Source: Owenia fusiformis
Taxonomy: Eukaryota
NCBI GenBank assembly: GCA_903813345.2
Contig: CAIIXF020000001.1
Coordinates: forward strand, 8,184,001 to 8,248,000
Direction: 5' to 3'
DNA: 64,000 nucleotides
Shown here: in pieces, positions 59,501 through 64,000 of the stretch
Numbering within the stretch: position 1 is the stretch's first letter
Layout of the letters: each line of letters begins with the position of its first letter
Notes under the pieces: generated by a model
Told to the model about the DNA's origin: nothing
Database searches by the model: none
Seen by the model: the letters and a program-made list of their open reading frames with translations, nothing else
Translations under genes and position numbers: made by a program

Positions 59501-59644
59501 GAATAGACACACTATGCTTATTTAAGTTTGAAAAGTTCACAACAAGACCTATCTTTCTAGGTGAAGTTTCAAGTAATTGATGACCAAGATGATGTCAACT
59601 TCATAGAATGTGAGGGTATGGGACTTGTGAACAGTTTTCTGTGA
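47532..59644 (+). CDS. RTCA: RNA 3'-terminal phosphate cyclase; 11 exons, 366 aa
   Basis: Exons: 47532-47591, 51743-51843, 52296-52442, 53541-53664, 55974-56032, 56363-56504, 57322-57446, 57695-57753, 58622-58716, 58918-59022, 59561-59644; 1101 nt. Motifs [48 protein letters not shown] and the adenylated His in SLHTKT (so RTCA rather than RCL1). Confidence 0.96.
47674..47910 (+). mobile_element. Tc1/mariner-like MITE, 237 bp (copy 2) in RTCA intron 1
   Basis: Near-identical to 20187-20423; TA flanks. Confidence 0.8.
49173..49612 (+). mobile_element. PIF/Harbinger-like MITE (copy 2)
   Basis: Homologous to 23405-23847; TAA TSD on both sides. Confidence 0.8.
49780..50540 (-). mobile_element. 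Helentron/DINE-like non-autonomous element
   Basis: Terminal hairpin ...CGAAC-GAA-GTTCG... next to a (CCGT)n microsatellite at 49821-49850; internal degenerate repeats (TATAATACTCAAAT...GAGTAGAT...AAATTCAAAATGGCTG). Boundaries approximate. Confidence 0.55.
54358..54520. repeat. Long palindromic element with AGCGTAGCGAACGAG loop; related hairpin at about 55022-55141
   Basis: Arms TTCTGTATATCGTG..TATACTC.AGTGAG.ATAT / ATATTCTCACGAGAGTATA..CACGATATACAGAA. The second copy has the loop CTCGTTCGCTTCGCTC in the opposite orientation. Confidence 0.65.
57796..58329 (+). mobile_element. Non-autonomous pogo-like element retaining the N-terminal DNA-binding (BrkDBD-like) segment
   Basis: TIR CTGTACGCCCGGTATTATTCGCG with TA TSD; TCGCGAAA subterminal repeats; internal ORF ...[20 protein letters not shown]. 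Confidence 0.75.
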
Positions 59645-59987
59645 CAAACAACATAACATAGGAAAATAAGGTGTGATGAGGTATAATTGGCCATTACATT
59701 GCGAATCCTAGAGGAGTATAGAGAGAGACAGAAATAGAACTCAACTGTAGCTGATAGGATTAGACAATTTTTACAATGGATGTAAAGTTGAAAACGAGGT
59801 ACATATGGAATGAATTTTTGTGAATCCAAAATAAATGCTGTTTTACACAAATATGAAAAATGTGTGTTCACTTAAAGGTGTGTGTGTCTGCTATGGGCAG
59901 AAGGAGCCAGATTTTACTTGGTTTAGCTGAAATTGAAGGTTTATTGATGTCGTTGAAAGTTTGTCCACCATCTTAGGTATCTTTCCC

Positions 59988-60127
59988 TAATTCAACTGAC
60001 AGCTGATGGATTAACCCACTATTTTATGGCCAACTCATTTAAATATGAAAAATACCTGCCACTATTCCATTCATATCAAATGAGTTTGGCATAAAAAGTA
60101 GGTTAAACCGCCAGCTGGCAGTTGAAT
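59988..60127. repeat. Palindromic element just downstream of the RTCA stop codon
   Basis: ATTCAACTGACAGCTG..GG.TTAACC.ACT.TTTTATG.C.AACTCATTT.A.ATATGAA pairs with TTCATATCAAATGAGTTTGGCATAAAAAGTAGGTTAAACCGCCAGCTGGCAGTTGAAT. Confidence 0.6.
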
Positions 60128-60662
60128 GCTACCTTAGATAACGAACTCTATTTAGTATCATGATCCTGCTTTGGACCAGATAATAAACCAATGGGACAAA
60201 AGTTGAATTGCAATACTTCTTGCATGAGGACCCTGTTCCCATGGAGAATATTTTCCAGTAGTTTACAAAAGTTAACAGAACTCATAATTAGTAACAACAA
60301 TAACATATGTATATTTCATGATTATAACCTGTGTCTGGCCATATAAATAATTTGAAATTAAAATTTCATTTAAATAATTTTATAACATGTATCAAAAAAT
60401 AGATTTTCAAAGAATATCATGTTTTTCTTATGTCTAATTTCTACATGTTTCTATAACTAAGTGAATATTAATGCCTGGGATCACATTCGCTCCATGGCGG
60501 GCGTACGGTGGTCATTGGTTCCCAAAATCTAAAGAAATATGCATCATGAAATATGGGAAGAAGCAGTAACATGTCAATTTTTATAACGATTTTGTGAAGC
60601 TACAGATGTACATGTACACCAGCTGTATGGCAGCTATAGAGCAAATGTGACCAAGGCTTTAA

Positions 60663-61071
60663 CCCTTAAACGGTTAGGGGAGGCAGATCTGGGATATTAT
60701 TTTTGATAACTTTTTTCCGAGTTTGTCTCTTGATCTGAAACTTTCTGACTTTTCTTGAAATTGAATTAGGCATGTTTTCGCGAAAATGTATGACTCTAAC
60801 CCCCCTAAGAGGAAAGTTAAAGCTGACATACCCAAATTGTCAGTAGTTTTGACTTGAAATGATAAACCCCTATGTTCTTAGAATATGAATTTCTTTATCA
60901 TTAATGGCTAAATATAGTTATAACTAAGCTCAAAATAATGGCAATGGAATGAGCTTTCCAATGATACCTTATACATTCTCCTATGATTGGTCGTCTCCTA
61001 GATCACAGGGAAGGGGCAGATCTGCCCCCCTAACCGTTGGTGTAATTCTCTATAGCCTAACTGTTTAAGGG
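60663..61071. mobile_element. piggyBac-like MITE
   Basis: TTAA|CCCTTAAACGGTTAGG ... CCTAACTGTTTAAGGG|TTGA; internal subterminal inverted repeat GGCAGATCTG. Confidence 0.6.
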
Positions 61072-62339
61072 TTGAGCTTGGTATGTTCTGATCAAAAATA
61101 CACATTACACTCTTAACATTAGGCTATACACATTAGACGATAAACATCAGGCTATAATAACAAGTATTGAATCTTGAAATAAACAACAGTCAATGTTTGT
61201 ATTACAAGAAATAATTTATACCATGTGAAGTCATGCATAGAATGTGGAGATGTCTCAGTTAATTTTTTTGTCAGTCTAGCTACAAGCCTTTGTGAGACTC
61301 CCCTTCAACAACAACTGTGTTGTTCTGGTTAAATAGGTAAGGGGGGGGGGTCCACAGTTTATTGGACAATTTCTTGTACAAGTGTTACAATTTCTAAGAG
61401 GACGTGTGCTTCGTATACAAGATTGTGTACTTTCTCGTTGGAAAATGTGAAATTTACAACTAAAACGCACCTTTCATTAGAGAGCTACACAATAGATGGT
61501 AACTGTGTAAATGAACGTTCATTGTCATTATAAACTTAACTTACAACTAAAAGTGGAGAGTCTACTTTTGATATACGTCTACCCGACGTAGTATAAGATG
61601 AACTTAACAAAATACTAAGAACTACACAAAACAAAACATAGCTTGTTAGTCGTTGAAATAAAAAGAACAAAACAAATCAATTAGGCAAAACTGTTACAAT
61701 AAAAGTGTAACAAAAATGAGAAAACATTGCCTGTGTGTGTACATATAGAGCATAAAAATTATAATAAAATGCTCAATTTCAGTCAGAAATAACTCTTATT
61801 TCAGACTCATACATGATTAATTAAATCAGAATAGATCTAACTGGAGCTCAGTTAATTCTTATTAAACTTCTTGATTATGAAATATGTTGTTACAACCCAT
61901 GCAAAATTATAACGATTTAAGTGAGTTTACACTCACAACTGGTTGAATATTTTCCTCGATTGTGACATTACGTGAACATACGTTGTCGTATACGAGTGGT
62001 CCCTAGAATAACAACTTGGATGAACTTCACTGGAAATGATATGATCACATCTGGTAATCCTTTGTTTCAGCAACCATACATAAATTTTATAGTTGTACGC
62101 GTAGAGTACTACGTGTAGATCATCACTATGATCAGAAATCTCTCAGAAAGCTCAGGTTTTAATACCGTGATCTTGTTTCGTTGATGTAACAAAAATGACT
62201 TCAGAAAATGTGCTGAAATTTTCTAACGGTTCATCTACTTTGATATGCAGCGGCCCTCGCGTGCCCTATGCACCTGAACACGTCTAAAACTGATCTACGC
62301 ATTGCGTCAAGCGTAATTTTTTCTTCCGAATGGAATTTT

Positions 62340-63248
62340 TCATCCACTAGATTTTAGTGGCAGTAATGGATCGAATCTCCTGACGAGTGTGTATCTCAGT
62401 TGGCAACCACAGTTAGGGCAATCCGGATAGGCCTTACTATCCTTCTTTGGAATGTGCCAACAATGAACACATCGGACTCGATACTTCTTGTATCTGCAAC
62501 AAAAGAACTGACATTATTAAAACGTTCATGCTACTACGGGATGCGTTTGCGCCTGGTAACTGCATAATTCTTTTTAAAAGTACGAAAAATGTTGACAGTA
62601 AAAATCAAAACTAAAAACACACCGTATCCCACATGCGTTGCATAATGGCGTCCCATCTTCAGCATCACGCCATAGAGGTGTCTTTCTGGCACTACAAGAT
62701 GCACATTGCTTACCTACAAAAGATCATTGTTATTCAAAGCTTCAGAGTCCACATCTGACCATAAACTATGGAATGAGTAAGGTCATGCCAGATTGTCCGT
62801 CTCTCCACCGAATTATCTATGACTGGTTTCGTTATTTCATTTTTTAGGACGAATCCTCAATTAAACAAGTAAATGCCCGCTCTACTACTGGACAATTGCT
62901 TTATTATATCAAAAAAATAATTCCGGAATCCTGGTTATTCTTTTTAATCATAATTCAAATAAGGATCTTAATCATGAACAGAGTAAGACGATGGACATAT
63001 ACACGAATACCTCCATGGTAAGACAAATGATGAACCTGAATGGAAAGCTAATAATCACCAGTGGTGCTGGAGTAGTAGAAACACAACCGGTTTTCTCTTT
63101 TGCTCGAATTGGCGTACTCTTCTGGGTCAGAAGGTCCCCATTCCGTCGTCCCGGACGTGGACTGGCTGCAGCGTTGGGGCTGGTGGCTGTATCTACGGTG
63201 TCGTCTCCATTTACTTTGAATTTTCCTACAACTAAATTGAAACTTATC
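62340..63248 (-). CDS. ZGLP1: GATA-type zinc finger protein 1 (ZGLP1/GLP-1-like), last three coding exons; 5' part unresolved or outside the window
   Basis: Exons (-): ~63248-63059 (acceptor uncertain), 62713-62623, 62493-62340. Translation GKQCASCSARKTPLWRDAEDGTPLCNACGIRYKKYRVRCVHCWHIPKKDSKAYPDCPNCG... The TPLWRDAEDGTPLCNACGIRYKKY..RC..CW..P.K string is characteristic of ZGLP1. Absent from the ORF track. Confidence 0.85.
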
Positions 63249-64000
63249 CTGTAGAAAATTTAACAGTTATTTAGAAAACGTATTTTCATAATTTTTGTTT
63301 ACGAACGGCCAGGTGAGGTGATTCAGATGGTATACTTGAAATGGCTATCCTTGAGATATTCAATTCAATAGTCACCATTGGAAAGCTTCTTATAAGCCTT
63401 AATGACGGTATATCATTTTTTGTCAAAGTATTGAGTCAGAGCGACCAGGAAGGTCGCGTAATTATGGCATTTTTCTATGTCGCGGAAGAAAAATGATACT
63501 TTGATAGAAAACATTCGATATGTCATTGATATTCAGGATATAACATTCGCATTACAATTTCAAGGACAAGATTAATAGAAGTTTTTTGCTGAATGATAAC
63601 GTTTGCAACAATGTGGCAAAACGTTTTTATCATACTACAAAGGTCGCATCTCGCATGGGGTCTGGTAAAAAAAAGTATCCATAAAAACTGCCAAGATTAA
63701 TGTACAAGGTGGGCCGAAAACAACACATGAATTAAAAGTGAAACAAAATATACTCCTAAGGCAATAATGTGATTTATGTAATATAAAGAGAATTCAGCTC
63801 TCAATATTTTGGTATGGAACATTGTTACACTGACCATGGGCTTTCAACTAGCATGGAAAAGCCCATGCACTGACTTATTAGGGAGATATTAACAACACCT
63901 ATTTGTGAGGTAGGGGTATATAATAATGGGGTCCATGATTTGCCGCAAAAAATCGTGAATAAATTGATTTATGCATTGTCTGTTGTCAAGTATACTGAAT

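Noticed and set aside
62991-63254. Plus-strand 87-aa ORF
   Set aside because: Antisense shadow of the minus-strand ZGLP1 exon.

Overview
AT-rich, intron-rich eukaryotic (animal) genomic DNA; the repeat content suggests a marine invertebrate, probably a lophotrochozoan (inference only). By manual splicing (GT-AG sites, phases checked) I rebuilt five protein-coding genes. (1) TK2/Dm-dNK-like deoxynucleoside kinase (-, 1741-6523). (2) A 321-aa membrane protein with a KcsA-like pore module whose K+ selectivity filter TVGYG is replaced by LCGSC; it has endolysosomal sorting motifs and CLEAR-like boxes by the start codon (-, 9314-22510). (3) MEIOC (-, 34967 to at least 43070). (4) RNA 3'-phosphate cyclase RTCA (+, 47532-59644). 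(5) The 3' part of the GATA-like germ-cell factor ZGLP1 (-, 62340 to at least 63248). Introns and intergenic DNA contain many non-autonomous transposons: two CAC...GTG elements with 5-bp TSDs (Transib/RAG-type ends), a HERO-like RLE retrotransposon split by a hAT element, MULE, PIF/Harbinger, pogo/Tc1 and piggyBac-like MITEs, Helentron-type elements carrying satellites, and 32-bp and 60-bp minisatellites. The most interesting candidate is the non-canonical, probably endolysosomal, pore-loop channel. Most ORFs in the supplied track are spurious or are partial exons.
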